A stretch of 64,000 nt of DNA from an uncultured Candidatus Saccharibacteria bacterium (lineage in GTDB: Bacteria; Patescibacteriota; CAZHWT01). Made by a program: the position numbers and the translations under genes. The stretch covers positions 15,696-79,695 of the forward strand of contig CAZQWH010000001.1 of assembly GCA_964597145.1 (NCBI GenBank), given 5' to 3'. Every line of letters begins with the position of its first letter. Within the stretch, counting starts at the first letter, position 1. This document shows positions 21,416-29,540 of the stretch, in pieces. The notes under the pieces were generated by a model. That model saw only the letters and a list, made by a program, of their open reading frames with translations, was not told the DNA's origin and searched no databases.

Positions 21416-21757
21416 TTAGGTTGAGACACCTGGGTCGTTGGTCCACACACCTCGACCACCAATGGCGGTATGACTAAAGACTACTGCTTCAATAATTTCA
21501 CGACGAAGACTTACTTCTATCCCTTCTTTGAAAATGGGCAAAATAAGCTGCTCGGCTTTGGTTGCATCGACATGGTTGGCGCAAACCGCGACATAGATTT
21601 CTCCCCCAAAATTGAGGAGGGTTGCTGTTGCGTGAAGTCTGGCGATGGTTGCCACCCATTGGGCAGTTGCTGCACACACCCTAGCCTGGTTGATAGATTC
21701 AAAGGCAACCACTTTAATCGATACCTCTTCGCGTATGATCTGAGTATCGTCTGGCAT
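21416..21757 (-). CDS. hypothetical protein
   Basis: About 113 aa from MPDDTQ, or 121 aa with the track start at 21781. Alternating beta/alpha pattern. No family recognised. Confidence 0.4.
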   Translation of the reverse strand: MPDDTQIIREEVSIKVVAFESINQARVCAATAQWVATIARLHATATLLNFGGEIYVAVCANHVDATKAEQLILPIFKEGIEVSLRREIIEAVVFSHTAIGGRGVWTNDPGVST

Positions 21758-21914
21758 TCTCTTTACCTCTCTCTTAAGCAAAGGACTTCCTCCAAGATCT
21801 TAAAGACTATATAACATGATTTAATGTAAGCGTCAAAAATGATTTCGAATGAAAAAGCAAAAAATATACCCCCAGTCTTCAATGAGTCTGAGGGTATTGG
21901 CCTTCGCTGGGTGG

Positions 21915-22493
21915 TTAGTGAATCACTTGCAAAGGCCCTCTACGGAGTAATTGCTCCGTCTTTTTTTTCAACCGTCCCCTAAAGTCTTCCTCGATGGTAG
22001 TGCTTGTCTGGGTAGACTGGCTTTGCCAGTGCTTCCAGTCCAACACCAAGTCAAGCAGTTGGCCAGCAAGATAGTTGGCCAACTGGGGGTTCTGGTTAAG
22101 GCCGGGTAGGGGCTGTTGCACCAGCCGGGCCATGATTGGTTGCAGCTCTCTCCGAATTCTTTGCTGGAGGTAATAGTCCTCCCAAGTGCCACCTCCTCGG
22201 TCGGTAACATTCTGGGCAACCTCCCGAACGAGCTGCTTGAGTGAGTTCGTCATGGTCGCCTGTCGAATCTTGACGGTTTGGTTGCTACTTTCAGACTCAA
22301 TAGTAACGATATAGCACGGCTCGTCAGTATCCTTGGCCAAGTCAGCCAAGAGCTCGGGTGGCAAATTATGGACCTCAGACAAGAACACCAGATTGAGTAG
22401 ATATTCCTCTAGGTATGGGTCCAAGCTGTCGCAGTCTAGTCTCCACCACTGGGAGTATCCGCCACGGATTGTACTCTTGATATCAATAATCAC
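21915..22493 (-). CDS. hypothetical protein
   Basis: 192-aa ORF, first gene of the four-gene minus-strand cluster. Confidence 0.45.
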   Translation of the reverse strand: MIIDIKSTIRGGYSQWWRLDCDSLDPYLEEYLLNLVFLSEVHNLPPELLADLAKDTDEPCYIVTIESESSNQTVKIRQATMTNSLKQLVREVAQNVTDRGGGTWEDYYLQQRIRRELQPIMARLVQQPLPGLNQNPQLANYLAGQLLDLVLDWKHWQSQSTQTSTTIEEDFRGRLKKKTEQLLRRGPLQVIH

Positions 22494-22595
22494 GGCTCAC
22501 TCTCCTGGTTGTTTGCGCGATACAATCGATCGATTTGAGTGTCAGAAGTATAGCATAGATTGTCAGATAGTAGCCCATCAGATATACTACACAGC

Positions 22596-23570
22596 ATGAA
22601 AGAACGAGTATTTTCTGGAATTCGGGCCACGGGGCAGCTGCACTTGGGTAACTATTATGGTGCCATTAAAGGCATGCTGGAGTTGCAAGATCAGCATGAA
22701 ACTATTTATAGCGTTGTCGATTTGCACTCCATCACCACACCTGTGGACTATACAACACTACCAGAAAAGATTAGAGGGATTGCTTTAGATTATTTAGCAG
22801 CTGGGCTTGATCCGCAAAAGTCCATATTAATGGTGCAATCGCAGAATCCCGCCCATCTAGAATTAGCCTGGATATTAGGTGTTTTTGTCCCAGTGACCTG
22901 GTTGTCTCATTTACCTACCTATAAAGACAAAAAGGCTCAGCATCCAGATTTTGTCAATTGGGGGCTACTTTCGTATCCGGTGCTCATGGCGGCAGACATT
23001 TTGGCCTACAAGGCCCCTCTAGTGCCGATTGGCAAAGACCAGGAGCCTCATTTAGAAATAACCAGGGAAATTGCCCGTAAATTTAATAAACAATTTGACT
23101 ATGATTTTCCTGAGCCAAAAAGTTTTGCTACAAAAGGCTACTCACTGCCGACATTAATGGGTGATGCCAAGAAAATGAGCAAATCGGTGGAAGGGAGCTA
23201 TATTGCACTTTCCGATAATCTGCCCACCATACAAAAAAAGTTGGCCAAAGCCCCAACCGATACCGGCAATGAGCCAGAGTTGAGTCAAGGAACACAAAAT
23301 CTATTTGCCTTGATGGAGCTGTTTAGTCCCAAAGATATCACAGAGCAATTTCGGGCCGCTCGTCAGGATGGATCAATTCGGTATGGAGATATGAAGAAGC
23401 GTCTAGCCGATGATATCTTTGTGGAGCTAGCACCCGTACAAGAGCGACGTCGCGAGATTGAAGCAAAGTCGGGATATGTGGAAGAGGTGTTGGTTGCAGG
23501 AGCTGAAAAAGCTCGAAAGATTTCGGAGCCGATACTTAAAGAGGTGAAAGAGCTAGTGGGGCTAGGGTAG
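22596..23570 (+). CDS. trpS: tryptophan--tRNA ligase
   Basis: GIRATGQLHLGNYYGAIKG (HIGH-region equivalent) and KKMSKS. I took MKERVFSG as the start. Confidence 0.9.
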   Translation: MKERVFSGIRATGQLHLGNYYGAIKGMLELQDQHETIYSVVDLHSITTPVDYTTLPEKIRGIALDYLAAGLDPQKSILMVQSQNPAHLELAWILGVFVPVTWLSHLPTYKDKKAQHPDFVNWGLLSYPVLMAADILAYKAPLVPIGKDQEPHLEITREIARKFNKQFDYDFPEPKSFATKGYSLPTLMGDAKKMSKSVEGSYIALSDNLPTIQKKLAKAPTDTGNEPELSQGTQNLFALMELFSPKDITEQFRAARQDGSIRYGDMKKRLADDIFVELAPVQERRREIEAKSGYVEEVLVAGAEKARKISEPILKEVKELVGLG

Positions 23571-23730
23571 GCGTGAGCATGGCGGGCAGGTCTTGGTTGG
23601 GTACAGAAGATTGCTTCATTACATTCGCAATCACGGACAATCTCTTCTACAGACTACAGACTACAGACGATAGACTAAAACCCCCGCCCGCCACGCAAGC
23701 CAGCTTGCTGGCGTTGCGGGCAGGTAAAAC

Positions 23731-24171
23731 CTACTTATTATCTCTAGATTTCACCTTAATCGATTTGGGTTTGGCGGATTCGGCTTTGGGCATGGTCAGG
23801 GTGAGGACGCCATCTTCGGTCTCAGCTTCGACTTTGGCAGCATCGACGGCCGCCGGTAGAGTGACGGAGCGGGCGAAAGTGCCGTAACGCACCTCTTTGA
23901 AGAAATAGTTTCGGTTCCGGTCATCTTCCACCTCCTCTTCTCTGGCCTCGCCTCGAACGGTAACAGTATCGCCGGTGATGGTGATATCCAAGTCGTCTGG
24001 CTTAATGCCGGGAGTGGGCATTTTAACGACCACGTCACCATTGGTTTCATACACATCAACCGCCAGAGTTGAATCGCTGGCAAATGACAGCCCGGTCAGG
24101 CGGTCAAACTCATCCCACAGGTTGGGACGGGTCACTTCTCTTCGATTGGGGTTGTATCGGACTATAGCCAT
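23731..24171 (-). CDS. Hsp20/alpha-crystallin-family small heat-shock protein
   Basis: MAIVRYNPNR...VDVYETNGDVVVKMPTPGIKPDDLDITITGDTVTVRGE...GTFARSVTLPAAVDAAKVEAETEDGVLTLTMPKAE. Confidence 0.9.
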   Translation of the reverse strand: MAIVRYNPNRREVTRPNLWDEFDRLTGLSFASDSTLAVDVYETNGDVVVKMPTPGIKPDDLDITITGDTVTVRGEAREEEVEDDRNRNYFFKEVRYGTFARSVTLPAAVDAAKVEAETEDGVLTLTMPKAESAKPKSIKVKSRDNK

Positions 24172-24192
24172 TTTTTATCTCCTTTACTGCAT

Positions 24193-24252
24193 GTCATTCT
24201 GAACTTGTTTCAGAATCCAATCACTTAGATCCTGGATCAAGTCCGGGATGAC
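24193..24252 (-). promoter_or_regulatory. ~60-bp composite-palindrome element, copy A, 21 nt upstream of the hsp20 start codon
   Basis: In the gene orientation it reads GTCATCCCGGACTTGATCCAGGATCTAAGTGATTGGATTCTGAAACAAGTTCAGAATGAC. It is near-identical to the copy upstream of dnaK. Confidence 0.7.
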
Positions 24253-24474
24253 AAGTCTGAGTAAGTATCATCTCAGCCTTGTCAACTTACCTAACTCACT
24301 ACCAACTACCATATACTTACAGTAGCTAGGTTGCTGCAAGCACGCACATGCCGAAGATAGATGCCAATCTTCGGTTGTATGTGCGGATGATTGATATGAA
24401 ACCCACCTCCCAACTAATTCTTACCCATCTGTCAAAACAGAAATTAGCTGAGAGGTGGGTTCGTTTGGATGTAG

Positions 24475-24642
24475 CTATCTGTAGGTATAGTAATTACGTA
24501 TCTCCGAATCTATTTGCCTAGCCGCCTTGCGCTCCCGGATAACTTTGCCTCCTTTGCGACCAAATGGTTTAATTTCATCAGAGTCAAATTGCGAGCTTCG
24601 AGTATCTAAATTATATTTTTTATGGGTCGATTGTAATTTCAC
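24475..24642 (-). CDS. possible small KGG-motif stress protein (55 aa, GTG start)
   Basis: My own translation: AAGGAG SD 7 nt before GTG, then MKLQSTHKKYNLDTRSSQFDSDEIKPFGRKGGKVIRERKAARQIDSEIRNYYTYR. It shares the GRKGG motif with the 35707-35934 protein. It is too short for the ORF track. Confidence 0.3.
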   Translation of the reverse strand: MKLQSTHKKYNLDTRSSQFDSDEIKPFGRKGGKVIRERKAARQIDSEIRNYYTYR

Positions 24643-24738
24643 GGGCAGTCTCCTTAAATGTACTAGTAGATATACTCTAGCTGTCTAACAACGCAAGGGT
24701 GGGAGCTAGACAGCTAGATGATTCATGACAATAGTGGT

Positions 24739-24993
24739 CTAAGCGGGGGTTCGCAGCATTCGGGCAATGGCGAGCAGGGCAACTGAGCCTACAATAGCAA
24801 TCAACATAGAGGCTAAGTCTAGCCCGTCTACTGTGCCAATACCGAATAGTGTAGCTAACCAGCCGCCAACTATTGCACCAACAATTCCGATCAGGATAGC
24901 TCCAACTACGCCACCAGGAGTTCGACCTGGGACGATTAAGCTGGCCACCCCACCGGCGATAAGTCCTAAGACGATCCAAGCTAAAATTGACAT
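24739..24993 (-). CDS. GlsB/YeaQ/YmgE-family stress-response membrane protein (transglycosylase-associated protein family)
   Basis: 84-aa Gly-rich two-helix membrane protein (MSILAWIVLGLIAGGVASLIVPG...GGWLATLFGIG...) on a GC-rich island. Confidence 0.7.
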   Translation of the reverse strand: MSILAWIVLGLIAGGVASLIVPGRTPGGVVGAILIGIVGAIVGGWLATLFGIGTVDGLDLASMLIAIVGSVALLAIARMLRTPA

Positions 24994-25550
24994 ACGGTAT
25001 AGTCACCCCCTTTCATGCACATCTTCTTGATGTCGCTCTTCTTTCTTCGTTTCCGAAAGATTGATCAAGAAGATTGAAAATTTATTACAACTTTTAATTA
25101 ATCCTGCTAATGAGCATAATTACCTTTCCTCCTGGTTGTCCCAGTTGGCTTGGCAAGACTAATTTCGATAACGCTTGGCGATACAACGACAAACCATCTA
25201 ATGGCGGCGCTGGAGTTAAGTGTTTCCATGAGTTTAGAGAGATAAGAGCAACTACAAAATCACGTGCATCGCGACGGCGGATTCGGCTTAGATACCGAGT
25301 AGTTAATTGCCAGCGATCAGATAGAGTCGTATAGTTATAGGGCGTGTATGTCATAAGTTTAGTTTAATGTACCTACAATTAATATTGATGTTTAACTATA
25401 CAATAATGCTATCACTAAGCATACTAGCTGTCAAGGGGTTTTAGTAGTATCCGAGTATGTTGACTGATTATCCTGGCTTAGTATAAGATGCTGGTGGTGG
25501 AGTATTATTTATAATTTGATAGAGTAACCAAATCAGTAGTAGAGTAATTC

Positions 25551-27104
25551 ATGAAATCATCGCCCACATCGATACCCAATATAGAAAAAATATTACCCAT
25601 AGAACTCATTACCCGCACCAACGCTACGACGGTCGGGATAGTTGTGCTTGATGCAAAGTTCTCCATTATGTATGTTGGTAAAACCGCTCAGCAATTTCTG
25701 CGTGGGACAGAATTAGCAATAGGCGATATCTTCACTCGGAAAATTAAAAAAGTTAAATCTGTATATAGTCAAGAAGACAAATCAGAGGAAGTCGCGGCAG
25801 ATTTATTACACTCTGTCCTGCATCAAAATAAACCACAGCAATTTTATTTAGAGACCGGGGCCGAAGACGAATCACCGCTGTGGTTAATCGTTGAAGCGAC
25901 TAAAACCCAAGTCAATAAAAATGGAGAGCTAGGCGTTTTATTAATCCTGACAGATGTAACCAAAATAAAACAGCAACAGCTAGCGGTTAGGAAACAATTA
26001 GCCGAAATTTCCGATCAAAACCGACAATGGCAAGCCATGTACAACGGTATGCCAGAAAGCATTGTCCTACTCAATACCGATGGGCGAGTCTTAACCATGA
26101 ACCCCGCCACCGAGAGGATCACTGGCTACAAGGTCTCAGAGGGTATCGGCATGCATGTTGGTGAATTATTTCCCAAAACCGATGCCATGGTACCCGGTGT
26201 TGATACCAAAGGCCGGAGTGGACTACACCAGACTCTCGAGGACGAACGCACCAGTGATTTATTTGAAGCCATTGTAGCCACCAAAGACGGCCGCCACATT
26301 TGGATAAACTATACCTACACCCCATTAAAAGATGCCAAAAGCGTTACGACCGCTTTAGTTCGGGTAACCAGCGACGTTAGTACCGTCAAGGCGGTAGAGC
26401 AAATGAAAAATGACTTTGTCTCTATTGCTTCACATGAACTCCGTACACCACTAGGCGTAATTAATAGCTACTTAACCCTGTTTTTAAATGGTCAGCTCGG
26501 CGAATTAACCGCAGACCAAAAAACATACATGCAGCGAGTGTATAATGCCAGCGGCGATATGTCGGCATTAGTTGAAGATTTATTAAACATGTCGCGAATC
26601 GAGTCGGGCCGGGTAGAGTTGGCGGTCCAGCCGTTTGATATGCGCGATTTAATTCAGGAAGTGTTGTCCCACTTAGAGCAACGTATTCAAACCAAAAAAG
26701 TCCACGTTAGCGTAAAGCAGCCCAAGCGGAAATTTTTAATCAAAGCTGATCGACAAAAAGTGGAGCAAGCCTTGACTAACATCATCGATAATGCTATTAA
26801 ATATACGTATGATGATGGTCAAATTACGGTCATCGCCAAGTCAGAAAATGGTAATGCAATCGTTGCCGTAAAAGACTCTGGCGTTGGAATAAAGCCAGAG
26901 AATTTAGGCCATGTCTTTGAAAAATTTTATCGAGAAGGTAACCCGCTATCTGTAAAAGAAGGTGGTTCAGGCCTAGGACTATATATTAGCCGCAAGCTCA
27001 TAGAGCTGCATGGAGGAACTATTTCAGTTGCATCGAAGCGACGAGCTGGTAGTATATTTACATTAACACTACCCTTGTCTGTAGATCAGAGCCGGGAAGC
27101 ATAG
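25551..27104 (+). CDS. cytoplasmic PAS-domain sensor histidine kinase
   Basis: H-box FVSIASHELRTPLGVI, then N, G1 (DSGVGI) and G2 (GGSGLGLYISRKLIELHGG) boxes. No TM segment. Confidence 0.85.
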   Translation: MKSSPTSIPNIEKILPIELITRTNATTVGIVVLDAKFSIMYVGKTAQQFLRGTELAIGDIFTRKIKKVKSVYSQEDKSEEVAADLLHSVLHQNKPQQFYLETGAEDESPLWLIVEATKTQVNKNGELGVLLILTDVTKIKQQQLAVRKQLAEISDQNRQWQAMYNGMPESIVLLNTDGRVLTMNPATERITGYKVSEGIGMHVGELFPKTDAMVPGVDTKGRSGLHQTLEDERTSDLFEAIVATKDGRHIWINYTYTPLKDAKSVTTALVRVTSDVSTVKAVEQMKNDFVSIASHELRTPLGVINSYLTLFLNGQLGELTADQKTYMQRVYNASGDMSALVEDLLNMSRIESGRVELAVQPFDMRDLIQEVLSHLEQRIQTKKVHVSVKQPKRKFLIKADRQKVEQALTNIIDNAIKYTYDDGQITVIAKSENGNAIVAVKDSGVGIKPENLGHVFEKFYREGNPLSVKEGGSGLGLYISRKLIELHGGTISVASKRRAGSIFTLTLPLSVDQSREA

Positions 27105-27120
27105 AAGGGTTATTTATATT

Positions 27121-27510
27121 ATGAGTGATGAATCAGTAAAAGTTCTATTAATTGAGGACGATGTACGAGTTCGTGAACTCTACGAATTAGTACTAAAAAT
27201 GGATGAGTACCAGGTAATTACATCCGAGACTGGCGAAGATGGAATTGAGAAAGCTAAGTCCGAGCAACCAGACCTAATCTTCCTAGATATCCGCTTACCA
27301 GGTATGAATGGCCTTGAAGTCTTGGAGATCTTACGTCAAGACGAACAAACCTCAGCCATTCCGGTTGTTATCCTCTCCAACCTTGACGATGAAAAGACGG
27401 TCAGCAAAGGCGTATCACTTGGCGCTCTAGAATACGTCGTTAAAAGCCGTATCACCCCTCAAGATTTATCCAAACGGGTTAAAGATATTGGCGGCAAAAA
27501 GAGTCATTAA
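27121..27510 (+). CDS. single-domain (receiver-only, CheY-like) response regulator
   Basis: LLIEDD...DLIFLDIRLPGMNGLEVL...K. No output domain. Confidence 0.85.
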   Translation: MSDESVKVLLIEDDVRVRELYELVLKMDEYQVITSETGEDGIEKAKSEQPDLIFLDIRLPGMNGLEVLEILRQDEQTSAIPVVILSNLDDEKTVSKGVSLGALEYVVKSRITPQDLSKRVKDIGGKKSH

Positions 27511-27846
27511 TTAAGTTAAGAGTGGTAAGGTCTAAGTTAGAAGTAAAAACACCCCGCCCCTGAGCAGGGTGTTTTGTTGCACCTTAAGCAGAGAGCGGCT
27601 GCAGCATCGATAGCAACCAGTTAAGCTCATCAGCCCCAGCTTCATGATTGTGTGTCTCTCTCGGCTGGCGCAGATAGAGCAAACGCATGCCTCCGTTGCA
27701 GCTGATAACTAAACCAGTGGCAGCATCGAACTGTACATTGAGCGTGACTGCTGAAAAACAAGCGTAACTAGCTTCGCGAACTGGACGCATTTGGCGGTTA
27801 TGCCCTTCACAGAGATCAGCAGCATCGGCATAAGCGGTGTAAAATG

Positions 27847-28723
27847 TAACCCCGGGGGTTAAATGAGCTTGAACCTAGGTTGCCTGCTTATTTCGAATGA
27901 GAAACGAGTGTGTTAGTCAGAAACAACGCCCTGGCCTTCGTGCAATAAGTGTTCAAGAGACTTGAGACTCTTTTGATAGTCAGCTTGGTTTAAAACAAAG
28001 TTGCAATAAGAATGCACATCATTGAACATACTTAAAACTGGGGCAGTGGTAATAAACGAATTCTTGCCTTTTATATAAAGTGGCAATGACGACCAAGGAT
28101 AAGAAAGAATCCCATTTGGGGTTTTTACAAGATAGGCGGTTGACGGATTTAAGTGGATGTAGCGCGATACATGGCTCAGCTGCTCAGCAGTCTCTATTCG
28201 CACAGCCTTAAAGGATGGCAAAAATAGCGTGCCTTTACGTGCATGTTTCAAGTTATAGTAACGAGTATAACTATTTTGAAGTTGACCTAAATATCTTGAA
28301 ATACCATCGTCTTTAACTTGTCTGAGTAATAAGTGGAAGTGGTTAGGCATTATGCAGTAGGCAATCACTTCAACCAAGCGCGACGATGGACTCCAGTTTG
28401 CGCGTATAGCCGCCTGCTGTTCTGAATTAAGAGCTAAATATCGTGAAAAACTAATTGTATTTGCTCCATAGCAGTAAAACTCTAGGCCAGATAGTATTCT
28501 GCGATATTCACGCAAGTCAGTAAATGTTTGACGCTCATCCTGTCCGCGATTAAAAACATGGTATATTTGCCCGTTGCATATAGGATAAATTCTTCTCATA
28601 CGACCCCCAATTAAGTACAACATGGGCAGTGCAGTGAATAACATCAACATATACGCCTCTGCATGCTGATTGTCAAAGTAAACAACCAACCTAGGTTCAA
28701 AGCTGTTTAACCTCGGGGGTTAA
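27847..28723. mobile_element. RAYT/IS200-like element: Y1 HUH transposase flanked by inverted REP-like hairpin repeats
   Basis: Left end 27847-27886 (taaccccgggggttaaatgagcttgaacctaggttgcctg) and right end 28684-28723 (caacctaggttcaaagctgtttaacctcgggggttaaac) are reverse complements of each other. They enclose the transposase gene. Confidence 0.7.
27913..28599 (-). CDS. REP-associated tyrosine transposase (RAYT) / IS200-IS605-family TnpA (Y1 HUH)
   Basis: IYHVFNRG...YCIMPNHFHLLLRQ (HUH motif) ...SYTRYYN (catalytic Tyr region). Start chosen at MRRIYP. The track ORF extends to 28689. Confidence 0.75.
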   Translation of the reverse strand: MRRIYPICNGQIYHVFNRGQDERQTFTDLREYRRILSGLEFYCYGANTISFSRYLALNSEQQAAIRANWSPSSRLVEVIAYCIMPNHFHLLLRQVKDDGISRYLGQLQNSYTRYYNLKHARKGTLFLPSFKAVRIETAEQLSHVSRYIHLNPSTAYLVKTPNGILSYPWSSLPLYIKGKNSFITTAPVLSMFNDVHSYCNFVLNQADYQKSLKSLEHLLHEGQGVVSD

Positions 28724-28976
28724 ACAGTTATTTCATATTGTTTTTACGAATTGAAGGTTTTAGTCATGATGACTGTGTATTTAGTGATCTAATCTGGTCA
28801 CCAAATGCATGACGTAAATCCCTAGAAATTGCCAGATTGCTGTGGTATAGTGCGGCTGGTTGTAATTGTTTGCTTTTACAACGTTTCACCTTGAAAAAAC
28901 GAATACACAAAAACCCATCCAAGTAATACCATGAATGGGTTTGAGAATAACGTAATGTATTTGTGTGCCAATTACA

Positions 28977-29279
28977 TTATTTTTCCGAATCAGGAAAAAC
29001 ACTGTGACGCAGGTTGAGATTATTTTTATTACCTACTTCAAGTAGCTCTAAAATAGCCTTAACCCCTGCTAGGTTCACACCCTTTTTGCGGGTTAAAAAT
29101 TGAATAAATTCCAATCGACGAATGTCGTTTTGGCTATAGCGACGACGATTAGTTTTGGTGCGATGTGGAACAACGAGTTGCTCTGTTTCGTAAATCATTA
29201 AGGTTCGCGGATGAACACCGAGCAAATCGGCCGCAACGCTAAGAGTAAACAAGGGTTTATCTAAGTTTAACTCCGGCAT
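28977..29279 (-). CDS. hspR: MerR-family heat-shock repressor HspR-like
   Basis: FTLSVAADLLGVHPRTLMIYE...RTKTNRRRYSQNDIRRLEFIQFLT.KKGVNLAGVKAILELLE closely matches the HspR HTH and dimerisation helix pattern. Confidence 0.7.
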   Translation of the reverse strand: MPELNLDKPLFTLSVAADLLGVHPRTLMIYETEQLVVPHRTKTNRRRYSQNDIRRLEFIQFLTRKKGVNLAGVKAILELLEVGNKNNLNLRHSVFPDSEK

Positions 29280-29540
29280 AAAAAGACACCTCCTATGGGT
29301 CGAATGTAAAAACAGTATAAAAATATTTTGACGTTTTATAACGCAGTTATGTCTGCAGCTACACCAAAATAAAATTACGTATAAGCAATAGCTCTGGCGC
29401 TAGTGCACACCGAAATAAATTCTAGTGTATCAAAATGTTACAACATTATTGTTGTCAGAAATAAGTCCGTTTGTCAAGGTGCAGGATTTAGTAAAATTAG
29501 GGGTTAACAATAAAGTCATAAAAAAGTATACTGGCATTGT

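Noticed and set aside
23573-23887. 104-aa plus-strand ORF overlapping the hsp20 3' end
   Set aside because: It is antisense to hsp20 and spans the (CTACAGA)x3 repeat and a GC palindrome, so it is a shadow ORF.
25094-25354. Overlapping 74-aa (+) and 86-aa (-) ORFs upstream of the histidine kinase
   Set aside because: Neither has a convincing RBS or a recognisable family, and the composition is Arg/Ser-rich. I left it unannotated, but a small regulatory protein cannot be excluded.
27584-27790. 68-aa minus-strand ORF adjacent to the RAYT left end
   Set aside because: It sits on a GC-rich patch with no RBS or family match, and is possibly a remnant of the element's previous cargo. Too weak to call.
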